Below, one piece after another: positions 38,700 to 52,467 of a stretch of 64,000 bases of DNA. Source of the stretch: Mobula birostris (taxonomy: Eukaryota); NCBI RefSeq assembly GCF_030028105.1, contig NC_092394.1:25154752-25218751 (forward strand). Direction: 5' to 3'. The position numbers were made by a program, and so were the translations under genes. The notes under the pieces are model-generated. The model saw only the letters and a list, made by a program, of their open reading frames with translations, did not search any database and was not told the DNA's origin. Positions within the stretch are counted from its first letter, which is position 1; every line of letters begins with the position of its first letter.

Positions 38700-39135
38700 A
38701 CAGCCTTTGTTACCTGAATCTGACTGTACTCTGAAATCTGTCTGTATGCTGCACTCTGACTGAACTCTACACTCCTGTATCTTCTGACTGAAATCTGGCT
38801 GTACTCTACACCATCCAAATAAAAGCTGACTGTTACTCCACGTTCTCTGACTGAACTCTAGCTACAGTCTACTTGACCTGACTGCAGTCAGAATGTAATC
38901 TACACCATGTAGCTGAAACCTGGCTGCATTCCATACTGTCTGACTGAGATCCTGCCTTACCCTTTACACCCTGCAGCTGAAATCTGGCGACTTCACAGCC
39001 TCTGATTGAAATCTGGCTGATGTGCTGTCCTCCTGACTGAAGTTTAGTTGTGTTTCACCCATCTCCCACCCCCCCCCCCGCATGATCCCAACTGGAAATT
39101 TGCCTGTTACCCCGCACCTCTGACTGAAATATATC
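38700..39135. repeat. Degenerate ~30-bp minisatellite (CTGACTGAAATCTGGCTGTACTCTACAC-like)
   Basis: About a dozen recurrences of the CTGACTGAA / CTGAAATCTGG core. Confidence 0.7.
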
Positions 39136-40769
39136 TTTGGACTGAGAAATAATATTCATTCAGAAGTTACTGAAGCGGATTTTGGAAAAAATGTTTTGAC
39201 AACATCTGAATTGACAGAAGTTTCTGTGAGGCCTGGTGTCTTCATTGGTTTCTGTTTTGGGGTGGACTGCACCTTCCATATACGTCTGACAAAGTGAGCT
39301 AACTGAAGAGGAATGTAGCAACGTTGGAGGTCCCGGCGCTGCACAGGCAGAAGAGGGGCGGGACTGTGAGGAGAATCTTTTATAACTTCACTGCCTCAGT
39401 GTTTTGTGATCCTTGAGTGTGCGTCTCAGCATAAACAGAATCAATTTGATGGAGAAAATTCAGTATCTCTTCCCCTGGGATTTTTAACCCCGGTGATAGC
39501 AGCTCCCAACAAACAGTGGTTTGGGTTTGAGATTTTCCTCCCAGTTCTTGAGGATTTTCCACCAGAGATTTGTGAAAGGGACTGGAGTTAAACCAGGAAC
39601 TGGATAGAGCAGCCCCTGCAGGGAGCCTTGCTAAGCATTCATATGACTCCGATTTAGAGGGGGCAGGGACACCCTCCACTAGAAGTATCCACAGCCTCGG
39701 GCGAGAAGTGAGTAGTAGTGTCTGTGGGTTTCTTTGGTATTTCTGCGCTCAGACCTAGAGAGAGCTAACAATAGCACATCCTTTCCAGTTCAAAAACTTT
39801 CACAGAATGTTTATTATCAAAATATGTACACATTATGCAACCTAGGGATTCATTTCCTAACAGATATCACAAAACAAAGAAACCCCCAAAAACCCATATA
39901 TTAAAAACAAAGACTGTCAAACACCCAATGTACAGAGAGAAAAAAAAACAAGCAAATAGCATTCTGAGCTCAAGTCTGCAAGAGGGTCCCATAGTTCAGC
40001 GCAGAGCCGAGTAAACTTCGTGGAGCAGCAATCTGAACCGGCCTGTCCCTCGCCTCAAGCTGCGACACACTGACCTTTTCAATCTGGTCTGGCGCCTAAA
40101 TTGACATCCAAACGTCAGGTTCATTGCCTCGTTACACTCTGAGGCCTGGATTTCACTGCCTCGACCCCACCTTTAACCGATCTTTGCAATTTGGCACGGC
40201 GCTTAGGACTCTGTCCAGACGTCGAGCTCAGCCTAATCAATATGCTCCGGTGCTCGAACCTTGCCACTTCAACTTGGCCTTTGGCACGGTGCTTAAATTG
40301 ATCAAATTTCGGGTCCTCCTTGCTCTCAGTAACAGGCCTCTGTTCTCCCATGTCGAATTGCCTTCAAGTCCAAAAGGAAGTTACGGACAATTACTTGCGA
40401 TGATCATTTACCTGTAGAAGTGTGATTAACAAAGTATTTAGTTGTTTCCCTTGTTTCATTAGCCACCAGTCAGAAGTCGCTGAAGTTCACCAGCGCCGTC
40501 TTTAAAACCCTTGAAACCATTTCTTAATAATACTGTTTGCATTGTAAATACACGTTAGTACCTACTGTATGCATTTACGAACATTTTATTCTGTATCTGC
40601 ATTTTACCATCTATTTTTATACAATTCTTTATTGTTTATAATTGTTGAATGTTCTTATTTTTTTGTCGCATGTTGTGCCAGCACACCACAGCAAATTCCT
40701 AATACATGTAAATATATACTTGAATAAAGTTTATCCTTTATTGAGAGAAAATTGCAGAACAGTCTCTGG

Positions 40770-41238
40770 TATAACAAACACAAGAGATTCTGCAGAGGCA
40801 AGACACCTTGAGCAACACACACAGTGCTGGAGGAATTCAGGCAACATCTATGGAGGGGAATAATCAGTCAATCCTTCAGACTGAGGCTCTTCTTCAGGAC
40901 TGGATGGGGGGGGGGTGAAGAAGCCAGTATAAGAAGGTGGGGTGAGGGGGAGTGGGGATGAAGTAAGAAGCTGGGAGATGATATGTGCAAGAGGTAAAGG
41001 CCTGAACAATCTGGTAGGAGAAGATGGTGGACCAGGGGAGAAAGGGAGGGAGGAAAGGCACCAGAGGGAGGTGAATGAAAGAGAAAGGGTGAGAGGGAAA
41101 GTGGAATGGTAAAGGAGAGAAGGGGGATAGGGGAGACATTACTGGAAGTTCGGGAAACCAATGTTCATGCCCTCAGGTTGGAGACTATCCACACAGAATA
41201 TGAGTTGTTGCTCTTCGAACCTGAGTGTGGCCTCATCA
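40770..41238 (-). mobile_element. Penelope-like 3' fragment with terminus
   Basis: Same 3' ORF end and terminal block as 61535-62040. Confidence 0.85.
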
Positions 41239-42405
41239 GTTTTGTGCCCCATATCTAAGAAAGGAGATGATGGCATTCGAGAGGGTTCAAAGGAAGTTTA
41301 CAAGAATGATCCCAGCAATGAAAGAGTGGATGTATTTGGAGTGTTTGATGTCTCTGGGCCCAAATTCACTGGAGTTTAGAAGAATGAGGCGAGATTTCAT
41401 TGAAACATACTGAATATTGAAAGGCCTAAAGTGAACATGGAAAGAGTATGTTTCCAACAGTGGGAGAGTCTAGGACTAGAGGGCACAGCATCAGAATAGA
41501 TTAGACTATTAGATTATGAGGACACTCGGTCCTCGTTTATTGTCATTTAGAAATGCATGCATGCATTAAGAAATGATACAATGTTCCTCCGGAATGATAT
41601 CACAAAAAAAACAAGACAAACCAAAGACTAACACTGACAAGACCACATAATTATAACATATAGTTACAGCAGTGCAAAGAAATACCATAATTTGATGAAG
41701 AGCAGACCATGGGAACAGTAAAAAAAAAGTCTCCAAGTTCCGATCGACTCCTGATAGTTCCTGATAGCAGGCGGCAGAAGGGAGAAACTCTCTCTGCCAT
41801 AAACCTCCAGGCACTGACAACTGTCGATGCATTGGAAGCACCTGACCACAGCCGACTCTGAGTCCGTCCAAAAACTTTGAGCCTCTGACCAGCCCCTCGG
41901 CACCGAGCACCATCCTCTGCCCCCGACCAAGCAAAACCGAGGATTCGGGGCCTTCCCCTCCAGAGATTCTGGATCACACAGTAACAGCAGCAGCGAAAAA
42001 GGCATTTCAGAAGTTTCTCCAGATGTTCCTCCGTTCTCTCATGTCTGTCTCCATCAAATCAGGATTGTGCACGGCACCCTACTTGACAGATTACAGATAT
42101 CATTCACCGGAGTGGCTGTTGTGCACTGCGTCGCGCCGCCATCTTCTCCTCCTCCTCCTCAGGACATCCATTTAGAACAGATGAAGGGAAATTTCTTTTG
42201 AGGGTGAGGAATCTGTGGAATCCATTTCCACAGATGGCTTTGGAGGCCAAGTCATTGGGTATATTTAAAACAGAGTTTGATAGGTTCTTGATTAGTTAAG
42301 GCATCAAAGATTACTGGGGGAAGGCAGGAAAATAAATCAGTCATGTTTGAATGGCAGAGGAAACCTGATGGGCTGAATGGCCTAATTCTGCTCATTAGCT
42401 TTATG
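41239..42405 (+). mobile_element. CR1 3' fragment, split by the element at 41499-42160
   Basis: FERVQRKFTRMIP..SLEFRRMRRDFIETY. Confidence 0.85.
41499..42160 (-). mobile_element. Same non-autonomous retroposon family
   Basis: GGAGGAGAAGATGGCGGCG head; 3' hairpin GAGGAC-CGAGT-GTCCTC. Confidence 0.8.
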
Positions 42406-44510
42406 ATGAAACGGGAACAAAATAGTCATTTATTCTGTCTGCATGTTTATACCTGCTCATGTTCCATTGGTGGGGGATGGGTCCTAACAACAATATAAGA
42501 ATTTTAACATTCTTTAAATATCGATCATTGTTCAGTCGGCTTGTTCTGGAGAAAACTAATACTTTAGACATTGTTGCCATGTACTTGGCCGATTACAGGA
42601 TTGGTCACAGGCTGTGAGCTTTCTGGGGCCAAGCACGAGTATTTGCTGACAATTCACTCTCCTCTAGGGCCATTCCTATTAAAGCCTCAAAAAGCAAAAA
42701 TCACTGCTTGTGCTGAAAATCCACACATAAAAACTGAAAAATGTTAGAAGCCCTCAGCAGGTAAGGGAGCATTTGGGCAGAGAGAAGAAGAATTAATATT
42801 TCAGGTCACTGACCTTGCATCAGATCTGAAACATCAACTCAGATTCTTGTTCCGCATGTTTTGCCTGAGCTACACAAAAGACTTTTTGTTGAAGTCAAAG
42901 GTCTCAGTTATGCTGGTGGATATGTTTACCAATTAAAAAAAATAAAAAGAAGAAAAAAAATGAGAGAAACAAAGGAAATTAAAAATAATTAAAAAAAATA
43001 AAAATAGCCTTACCCCAAATCCTGTGAAGTATATCACAGCAGAACCAATTAGATTGATAAAGTGAAAGACTGTTGCTAAGGGTAGAGTGTAGTTGGAAAG
43101 AAGAACTAGGATACAAAGAAGGAAAGGAACTGTTAGACTCCAATAAAGCAGGGTGATCATCATTTCACAAGAAAGGATAAAGTGCAATGTGTAAGAAAAT
43201 CTGCAGATGCTGGAAATCCAAAGCAACACACACTGACTGCTGGAGGAACTCAGCAGGTCGGGCAGTATCTATGGAAATGAGTAAACAGTCAAGCTTTCGA
43301 GCTGAGACCCTTCATGAGGACTCAGTGATTTCTGAAACTGTTAATGAAATGTGGGAAGGGAGTATTTGTGTTGCCACAGTTTCTTGGTGAAGGTTTCTGG
43401 CTCCCTGTGGATCAGGCTTCAGGAATGTTTCAGCTGGAACTGGTTAGACCGAGTGACTGTAGTACAGAGTCAATGGCTTCCCTAGGGTGGGTGATTAGTA
43501 GCTCATATAGGCTCCTATTGTTGCCTTCCATCCTCTCCCACTGCCATGCTGCTGGCTTTGGAGCCTAACCTTCTAAAATGCTGTTTGCTTATGGCCATTT
43601 TCCAAGGTCTGGAACTGGATGATTTTAATAGAGACACGAGAGTGCAGATGGTGGATTCTGGAGCAACAATCAGTGGGTCAAGCAGCATCCTGATGCATGG
43701 TTTTAACCTGAGATGTGGACAATTCCTTGCAACCCCTTCCACTAACAGATTCTGCTCAACCCACTGTGTTCCTCCAGCAGCTGGATCTTTCTAAACTGAG
43801 CCTGAGTCAAGCAAACAGGGAAAGTGGTCTTTTAATTATCGGGATATCCTTTCTAAAGCATCATTGAGCAGATGATGAAAATGCCCTCTGAGATTGTTCT
43901 GTTCCCTCAATAATAGGTTCATTTATTTATTATTATCAAAGTATATAACTCTGAAATTATTCTTCTCCAAATAGCCACGAAACCAAGAAAGAAAAGAACA
44001 GCAGCACAATCATTGACCTCCCCCCCCAATCTCTCCTCCCCACACAAAAAAAAACAAACTAAAACAGAACAGGCACATCAACCCCCAAATCCCACTCTCA
44101 TGTACACAAAAAAAAACGTGAGAGATCGGGCGAACAACGTAATAATAGCATCGTGATGACAGCAAACATTTTCCTGGTTACAGACATTAAGCTATAGTTA
44201 CCTCTATTTTGCCCATATCCTTTTTTTTAAATAGTAGCATAACATTTGCTGTCTTCCAGTCCACTGGGACCTGCCCTGAGTCCAGAGAATTTTGGTAAAT
44301 ATCACAAATGTCTCCACTATAATTTCTGCCATTCCTCTCAGTGCTCTGGGGTGCATCTCATCAGGACCAGGGGACTTGTCTACCATTAGGCCTACCACTT
44401 TAATGACAGTGATTGTACTGAGGTCCTCACCTCCAACTGCATCATAACATCTCTTTTTTGTGTGTTAGATATAACCTCTACTGAGAAGACTGACACAAAA
44501 TTATCATTCA

Positions 44511-44975
44511 TTTTGTTTTTTTTATTGCATTGGCAGTAGCTAAGAAGGCTATAGCAGTTACTTGGAAATCCGATTCGTATTTAAGTATGAGTCGTTGGAA
44601 CAATGAAATGGCTAGTTCTATTCCACTCGAAAAAATTACTTATAATATAAGAGATAAATATGAAACATTTTTGAATATTTGGCACCCTTATTTACAAAAG
44701 ATAGGATGGCATATTTAGTTGCTCCGATGATAAAGACCTTGGTCCCTTGGGGAAAGTAATAAATAAATATACTAAATTTATTTTGAATCCCATGGAGCAT
44801 GTGGAAACCTTCCAATGTCCAGGCAGTTTTTCTTTTTTTCTTCTTCTTTCTTCCTTTCTTCTTTTTTAGGTAGGAGTATATATCGGGGGGGGGGGAGGGT
44901 TAAGGGGAGGGGGGGAGGGTAGACATTACCTTTTCATGTATTCATTTTGAAAACTCAATAAAAATTATATTTTAA
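44511..44975 (+). mobile_element. L1-clade LINE 3' end
   Basis: AKKAIAVTWK..LEKITY..IWHPY C-terminus, AATAAA, TSD AAAATTATCAT at 44497-44507 and 44976-44986. Confidence 0.8.
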
Positions 44976-44989
44976 AAAATTATCATCCG

Positions 44990-45445
44990 TAATTTCCACA
45001 TTACCCACTACTAATTTCCCCCTCCTCATCTTCCAGGGGGCTTGTGTTCTCTTTCGCCAGCCTTTTCCAGTTTATATAATTATAAAAATTTTTATTATAT
45101 TCTATGTGCAAGTTAAAGTCCCCCTTGACAACTGGAGTTCCATTCTTACATGTGTCAGGTAATTCTTGGTTTATTGCCTGTGCCAGTGTAAGGTTATTAT
45201 TTGGTGGCCCATAGGCAACTACTACTGATGATTTTTTTCCCCCTTTACTATTCCTAATCTCTACCCAGATGGTCTCAACATACTGCTCCTTAGATCTTAT
45301 ATTGTCTTTCACTATAAACCCTGATCTTATCCTGAATTAAGAGCACTACCTTATCTCCTTTACCTTCCTACCTATTCTTCCATGTTACCTGATACCTTTA
45401 GATATTTAATTTCCAATTGTCTCCACCCTGCACCCACATTTCTGT
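44990..45445 (-). mobile_element. CR1 LINE AP-endonuclease fragment
   Basis: ETIWVEIRNSKG..VAYGPPN..GDFNL. Confidence 0.8.
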
Positions 45446-45447
45446 AA

Positions 45448-45845
45448 TTAGATTAGATTAGATTATGAGAACACTCAGTCTTCTTTTTATTGTCATTTAG
45501 AAATGCATACATGCATTAAGAAATGATACAATGTTTCTCCGGAGTGATATCACAGAAAACAGGACAAACCAAAGACTAACACTGACAGGACTATATAATT
45601 ATAACATATAGCTACAACAGTGCAAAGTAATACCATAATTTGATGAAGAACAAACCATGGGCACGGTAAATAAAGTCTTAAAAGTTCCCGAGTCGATCAA
45701 CTCCCGAGTCCCCGATAGCAGGCGGCAAAAGGGAGAAACTCCCTGCCATAAACCTCCAGGCACCGCCAACTTGCCGATACCTTGGAAGCAGCCGACCACA
45801 GCCGACACTGAGTCCATCCGTCCGAAAACTTTGAGCTATATCAGA
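45448..45845 (-). mobile_element. Same family, 5'-truncated copy
   Basis: Shares the 3' ~400 bp with 41499-41890. Confidence 0.8.
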
Positions 45846-46159
45846 CCCCTTTGTACTGATTTGTGCCACAAGTTCACTGACCATGTTTTGAAAATTATGG
45901 CATTCAGATAGTGCCCTTACGCTCATTAACCTTTTAGAATCTAGTAATTTTTGCGCTCTTTCTAACTTTTACTTAGCTTTCTGCATTTCTTCTCTGTCTT
46001 TTTGCCTGGATTCCCATACCCCTGCCGTGTTCCCTTCCCTAAAGCACTACAAACAGTTGCCCTCGGACATTGATTCCAACCTTGCCCAACTGTAAACCAT
46101 CCAGTTTATACTGGTCCCATTTCCCTCAGAAATACTAGTTACAATGGAACATTGACTGG

Positions 46160-46955
46160 ATGCAGAGTTGGCTGAGAAGTGGCAGATGCAGTTCAACCCA
46201 GAAAAGTGAGAAGTGATTCACTTTTGAAGGTTGAATTGAAGGTAGAATGCAGGATTAATAGCAGGATTCTTAGCAGTGTGGAGAAACAGAGAGATCTTGA
46301 GGTCAATGTCCATAGATTTCTCAAAGTTGCCTTGCAAATTGATAGGGTGGTTAAAGTGTGCGGTGCCTTTGCCTTCATTAGTCAGGGGATTGAGTACAAG
46401 AGCTGCGAGGTAAAGTTGCAGATTTATAAAACTCTGGTTAGACCACACGTAATATTTTTGTTCTAGGAAGGATAAGGAAGCTTCAGAGAAGGTACAGCGG
46501 AGATTTAGTAGGATGCTGTCTGGATTTAAAAGCATGCTTTATGAGGATAGGTTGAGCAAGTTTGGGCTTTTCTCTCTGGAGAGGAGGAGGATGAGAAGTG
46601 ACTTGATAGAGGTGTACAAGATGATAAATGGCATAGATCGAGTTGATAGCCATTGACTTTGCCCCAGGGCAGAAATGGCTAATGCAAGAAGGCATAATTT
46701 TAAGGTGATTGGAAGAAAGTATAAGGGGATGCCAGAGCTAAGTTTTTTTTACAGAGTGGTGAGTGCGTGGTGAGGGGTGGTGGTAAAGGCAGAAACATTA
46801 GGGGAATTTAAGAAACTTTTAGATAGGCACGTGGATGATAAAAAAAAAGTGGAGGGTGATGTAGGAGGGAAAGATTAGATTAATGTTATAGTAGTTTAAA
46901 AGGTCAGCACAATATTTAGGGCCAAAAGGTCTGTACTGTGCTGTAATGTTCTATA
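46160..46955 (+). mobile_element. CR1 LINE 3' fragment
   Basis: QRDLEVNVH..GAFAFISQGIEYKS..YKTLVRPH; CR1-type tail. Confidence 0.88.
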
Positions 46956-49900
46956 TTATATACAACAACCTGCCATCCCAGAAACATGTCCATTGGAACT
47001 GGCACAAATAGAAATGCGGTGAAAGCCTGGGTCTAGATTTTGATAGATCAGGATTCTTGTGACCAAATAGGCAGAGGTAAATACTGGTGATTCAGAATCA
47101 GAATCAGGTTTATTATCACCAGCATGTGACGTGAAATTTGTTAACTTAGCAGCAGCAGTTCAATGCAATACATAATCTAGCAGAAAGAGAAAATAATAAT
47201 AATAAAATAAAACAATAATAAATAAACAAGTAAATCAATTACGTATATTGAATAGATTATTAAATACTGTATATTAAAAAGGTGAGGTAGTGTCCAAAGA
47301 TTCAATGTCCATTCAGGAATCGGATGGCAGAGGGGAAGAAGCTGTTCCTGAATCGCTGAGTGTGTGCCTTCAGGCTTCTGTGTCTCCTATGGTAACAGTG
47401 AGAAAAGGTGATAGAAAGAAGGGGAAGAGGTGATGTTGGACCATGAGTGAGAGAGGGTATGGGAGAAAGTTCTGAAAGGGATGAGGAAATGGAAGATAGG
47501 ATGATCATAAGAAGGGAAAGGATTACCTCTTTGCAGGTTTAGCCCATGCAAATTGCCCATAGCTTATCTACACACTAAACATACTAATTTGTACTCGATT
47601 TCCAAAGTTCAGCTTCACAGACTTCATTCCTGCTCATCCTACCAATAGCTTCTGCCTCCCTATTGCTGCTGGGTTTCTTGAACTCTAGAAGTCCAAGCTG
47701 GCATCTATTATATTTGAAGTTGATTATTGGCTGCACCATTGTTTGCTTGGTTAAAATATGATAAGCACACAGGAAACAAACCCAGGTACTAACCTTCTAC
47801 AATCAGCATCTCAGTAAGTGCATACTTACTTCCATAGGTAAGACATTTTCTGATTTATAATCTGTAAATCATAGCCCTAAATCTCCCACTTCCCTTTACC
47901 AACCCTGTCCTGTGTGTCATGGCAATGTATAATACCAGGACTAATATGTTTGGATTCTTTTGGGCACAGTTTAAAGCTTCTCATGTGTTTTTAAAAAAGA
48001 CACAAAATCATCAGAAGACCATGAAAAAATGACATGGGCAAGCCTTGCTGAAGCAGAATATCAAGATTAGGAACTCGTATCCCAAGACTGCAAGAAGGCA
48101 CCCCACTGGTGATCTCCATTTTCCTCTCCTTTGTTGACCATCTCTTTTTTATTTTCATCCTTATGTTAACTATCCAAGTAAGAAGTGAGACCAGAACTCA
48201 CAGTAAAATCACTGAGCCAGATGCCTTTCGGATGAAAGGAATAAGGTCTTTATAAAATTAGTAGACCTCATGTTGATATATATTTGTTATTTATTAATAT
48301 GATTTTGACTTATATTTGTCCCCTATCCTCTTTAACAGGGAGAAAAAAATTCAGTTCTAGAGATCTGAATTGCTAGCTCATTCATGAGTGTAAGATCAGG
48401 TCATTTAACATCCTATTTCATTAGTCTATGTGTAAATGTTCTGTTGCATTTGTAACATCACTGCAAAACTTTGATCTCAACACAATTTTCCTATCATTTC
48501 TCCATTTTCCTTTGTGTCCAAAACTATTCTGTGTAACCAGTACTATTCTTACTCTATATGGCTTTACCACACTGAATGGCATTACTACAGTGACGCTGAC
48601 AAGAAACTGTAATATGTAGTCCTACCATGACGCTGAATCAGAACTCAGGCACATTTCCTCCAACAGAGTGTGTGTTTCTCTAACATACATGTTACCAGAT
48701 TGCTCTTAAAAGTTTCAGTGTTCAAATAAAGCAAGTTTCTTTTCACAAATGTAGGGCAAACATGGATTAGTTAATGTTGAGTAAACTGCACCAACTAACA
48801 ATTCAGTCTGCTCACTGAAACCCAGCAGGGTCAATATTTCGATCTCAATGCAAAGAAACACTCGATACGTTGATTATATAATTATGGATATTTACTGCAC
48901 CCATTACTAATTAGACAACAGAAAATGTTCTTTACAAGATGAAATAGTATAGTGCTTATTGTAAAATGTACAAGTTGAGTTTACAAATATCGATTTATGC
49001 AGAAATTTGTTTGGTTTATAGAGAGCACATAGCACATTCGGTATTAGAGATTTTTCACTCTGATAATGAAGCTTGATTAACACATGGTTGCTAAGATAGC
49101 TCTGTGCATAATATTTTTGATAATATGCTTCAGTTCATGTGTAGCTAGGTAACGGGCTTTGTTCATACAAACTTGGAAGCTGTTGTTTCACTGAGCAAAG
49201 GTTAAAATAGGGAGGAGGAGGAGGAGGTTGGTGGCTAAAAAAGCTGTTTTGTGTTTTTTTTAAGTGAAACATCTACACAGAGTCTTAAATAGAATGAAGG
49301 TCTATGTGAGATGGCTTAATTTTTCATGTAGCTGACTACAAATTAAAAGTAAACATGCTGAGCATTGCCAAGAGTGGCAGAGCATTTACTTTCGAAAATC
49401 AGCAAATTGTGTGACATGTTTCCACAAGGTTTCAGTGCCACAATTAGAGAAAGACAGTTTAAGACACTGAATCAACAAGTAATGAAGTGGTGATTGCTTT
49501 GGTCACCATGTCTATTAACATAACAAATACCTCAGAGATAAATTGCCTGTATCTATATGAAGTGTGTAATGTTTTTATTTTCCTAGCTTTCATCGGACAC
49601 TTTACTATCTCCCAGCCATTAAAGCTTCAGATGTTAGTTATTATTTAAGATTTTCTTGTTTTTGACAACCTGTAAAAAGTCTATATTAAACTTTTCCAGA
49701 TGAAGCATGGCACATTCCAGGCATAGAATGAAGCTTCCTTAATTTTTTTTTTGTAATTCCCAGAAGAATTATCTGTGTCACTATTTCCATTTTCCAAACC
49801 AAACTCCTTAGAAGCTGGTCAGCATTATGGAATTTGATGACAAATGATTCACACATCTCCACGTACTTGGGTACTTTGTAGTGGAGATAGGGGGTATGAA

Positions 49901-50326
49901 ATGCTTCTAGAGAAAAGATCCCTGAAATTGTAGGAACTGTGGGCTGTTAGCAGTGAAGGAGCATTGAGTTGGGGCTAAGGACTTAAACAATTCATAAAAA
50001 TTGGATGCTTTACTCTTTTAAACTAATTCTAGTTAACAGTAACCCCATAAGGCCATAATCATAGCATCATATGAGACCTAAGAGCTCCCTAAGACGGGGA
50101 TAAAGATCTGCGCAGACCAACTGGCTGCAGTATTCAATCTCTCACTTACATGGTCTGAGGTTCCCATCTCCTTCAAAAAGACATGTATATTGCTAGTGCC
50201 CAAGAAGAGCATGGTGACCTGCGTCATGACTACTACCCTGTAGCACTTAGATCAATCTTAATGAAGTACTTCTAGAGGTTGGTTATGGTGTAAATCAACT
50301 CCATGCTCAGAGATGATATGGATCAT

Positions 50327-51790
50327 AAGACATAGGAGCTGAATTAGGCCATTTGGCACATTGAGACTGTTCTGCCATTCAATCATGGCTGATCCTTTTT
50401 CCCCTCCATAACCCCACTCCCCGGCCTTCTCCCCGTAACCTTTGATGTGGTGTCCAATCAGGAGCCTATCAACCTCTGCCTTAAATACACCCAATGACCT
50501 GGCCTCCGCAGAGCCTGTGGTAACAAATTCTACAAATTCACCACCCTCTGGCTAAAGAAATTTCCCCGCATCTCTGTTTTAAATGGACACCCCTCTAACC
50601 TGAGGCTGTGCCCTCTTGTCCTAGACTTCCCCCACCATGGAAAACATCCTTTCCATATCTACTCTGTCTAGATCTTTCAACATTTGAAAGGTTTCAATGA
50701 GATCTCTCCTCATCCTTCTAAATTTCAGCGAGTACATACCCAGAGCCAGCAAATGTTCCTCATATGATAACCCTTTCATTCCCAGAATCATCCTTGTAAC
50801 CTCCGCTGAACCCTCTCCAATGCCAGCACATCCTTTCTTAGAAAAGGAGCCCAAAAGTGTTCACAATACTGAAGGTGAGGCCTCACCAGTGCCTCATAAA
50901 GCCTCAGCATCACATCCCTGCTCTTGTATTCTAGACCTCTTGAAATGAATGCAGACACTGCATTTGTCTTCCTCACCACCAACTCTACCTGCAAGTTAGC
51001 CTTTAGGGTCTTCTGCACAAGGACTCCCAAGTCTCTTTGTATCTCAGAGTTTTGGATTTTCTCCCCTTTTAGAAAATAGTCTGCACATTTGCTTCTACTA
51101 CCAAAGTGCATGACCTTGCATTTTCCAATATAGTATTTCATTTGCCACTTCCTTGCCCATTCTCCTAAGCTATCTAAGTCCTTCTGCAGCCTACCAGTTT
51201 GCACAACACGACCTGCCCTCCACCAATCTTTGTATCATCTGCAAAACTGGCATCAAAGCCATCTACTCCATCATCTAAGTTATTGGTATACAGCATAAAA
51301 AGAAGCGGTCCCAACACTGACCCCTGCGGAACACCACTAGCCACTGGCAGCCAACCAGGAAAAGATACTTTAATACCCACTCGCTGCCTCCTACCAATCA
51401 GCCAATGCTCTAACCAAGCCAGTAACTTTCCTGTAATACCATGGGCTCTGAACTTTGTAAGCAGCCTCGTGTGTGGCACCTTGTCAAAGGCCTTCTGAAA
51501 TTCCAAATGTACAATATCCACTGCATCCCCTTTATCTATCCTACATGTAATCTCCTCAACGAATTCCAACTGGTTTTTTTGGGCAAGGTCTAAGGAAACC
51601 ATACTGACTTTGTCCTATCTTGTCACCAGGTACTCCATAACCTAATCCTTAACTGTTGACTCCAACATCTTCCCGACCACTGAGATTAGGCTAACTGGTC
51701 TATAATTTCCTTTCTGCTGCCTTCCTCCTTTCTTAAAGAGTGGAGTGACATTTGCAATTTTCCAGTCCTCGGTCACCATGCCAGAGTCCA
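50327..51790 (-). mobile_element. CR1 LINE RT fragment
   Basis: FQKAFDKVPH, GVPQGSVLGP, FADDTKIGG, LVRPHLQYC. Confidence 0.93.
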
Positions 51791-51870
51791 AGGATCATCT
51801 CCAGTTTGCCTGCCGTCACAGCAGATCAACATCAGATGTAATTTCTCTTGTTCTTCACTTTGCTCTAGAC

Positions 51871-51950
51871 TAGGGGTTCTTAACTTGGGGACTGCAGACC
51901 CTTTTATTAATGGTTATGGTCCATGGCATAAAAATGGTTGGAAACCCCTG
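51871..51950. mobile_element. 80-bp hAT/Charlie-type MITE
   Basis: Same TIRs; TSD CTCTAGAC / TTCTAGAC matches the Charlie NTCTAGAN preference; degraded third copy at ~3915-3990. Confidence 0.88.
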
Positions 51951-52268
51951 TTCTAGACCATGTGGAAAACAAGAACTCATACATCATCTACAGATGCATC
52001 CTGTCTCAATGCATCATAGTTTGGTATTGCAACTGTTCTGCCATTGTGTCTACGCATGTATCTACTTGTGGATGTGACAATAAATTAAACTTTGACTTTG
52101 AATTCAGTAGCTCCCCTGTGAAAATAATGGGCAGTAAAATGCCATGAATACAATAATATGGACTCCCCAAAGGAAGAGATAAGCTTTTGTCAGATATAGA
52201 AGTAGGTCATATATGCACTTTTCCATAGTTTTTGTAAGATTTCTAAAATGAATGTGTTTTTATTTCAG

Positions 52269-52334
52269 GTTGAAGATTTCCAAGATTATTGTGGTTGGGG
52301 ACCTGTCAGTGGGAAAGACATGTTTAATCAACCG
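52269..52334 (+). CDS. RAB34: RAB34 coding exon 3 (P-loop)
   Basis: LKISKIIVVGDLSVGKTCLINR; 66 nt; GTGAGT donor. Confidence 0.96.
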
Positions 52335-52467
52335 GTGAGTATGGACATACTATAATGGCATCATGCCTAGTTATGCAACATTGCTGTGGATCTGGAGTCT
52401 CATTTTGTTCAGACTAGTGAGAATGACACATTGCTTTCCCTGAAGGACTTCAATGAAGAAGATGGAT

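Noticed and set aside
38700-39135. CRISPR-like array
   Set aside because: Eukaryotic intron; units are degenerate tandem repeats without unique spacers, and there are no cas genes
42933-43229. Hydrophobic 98-aa ORF as a membrane protein
   Set aside because: Antisense of an A-rich tract plus a Penelope terminus
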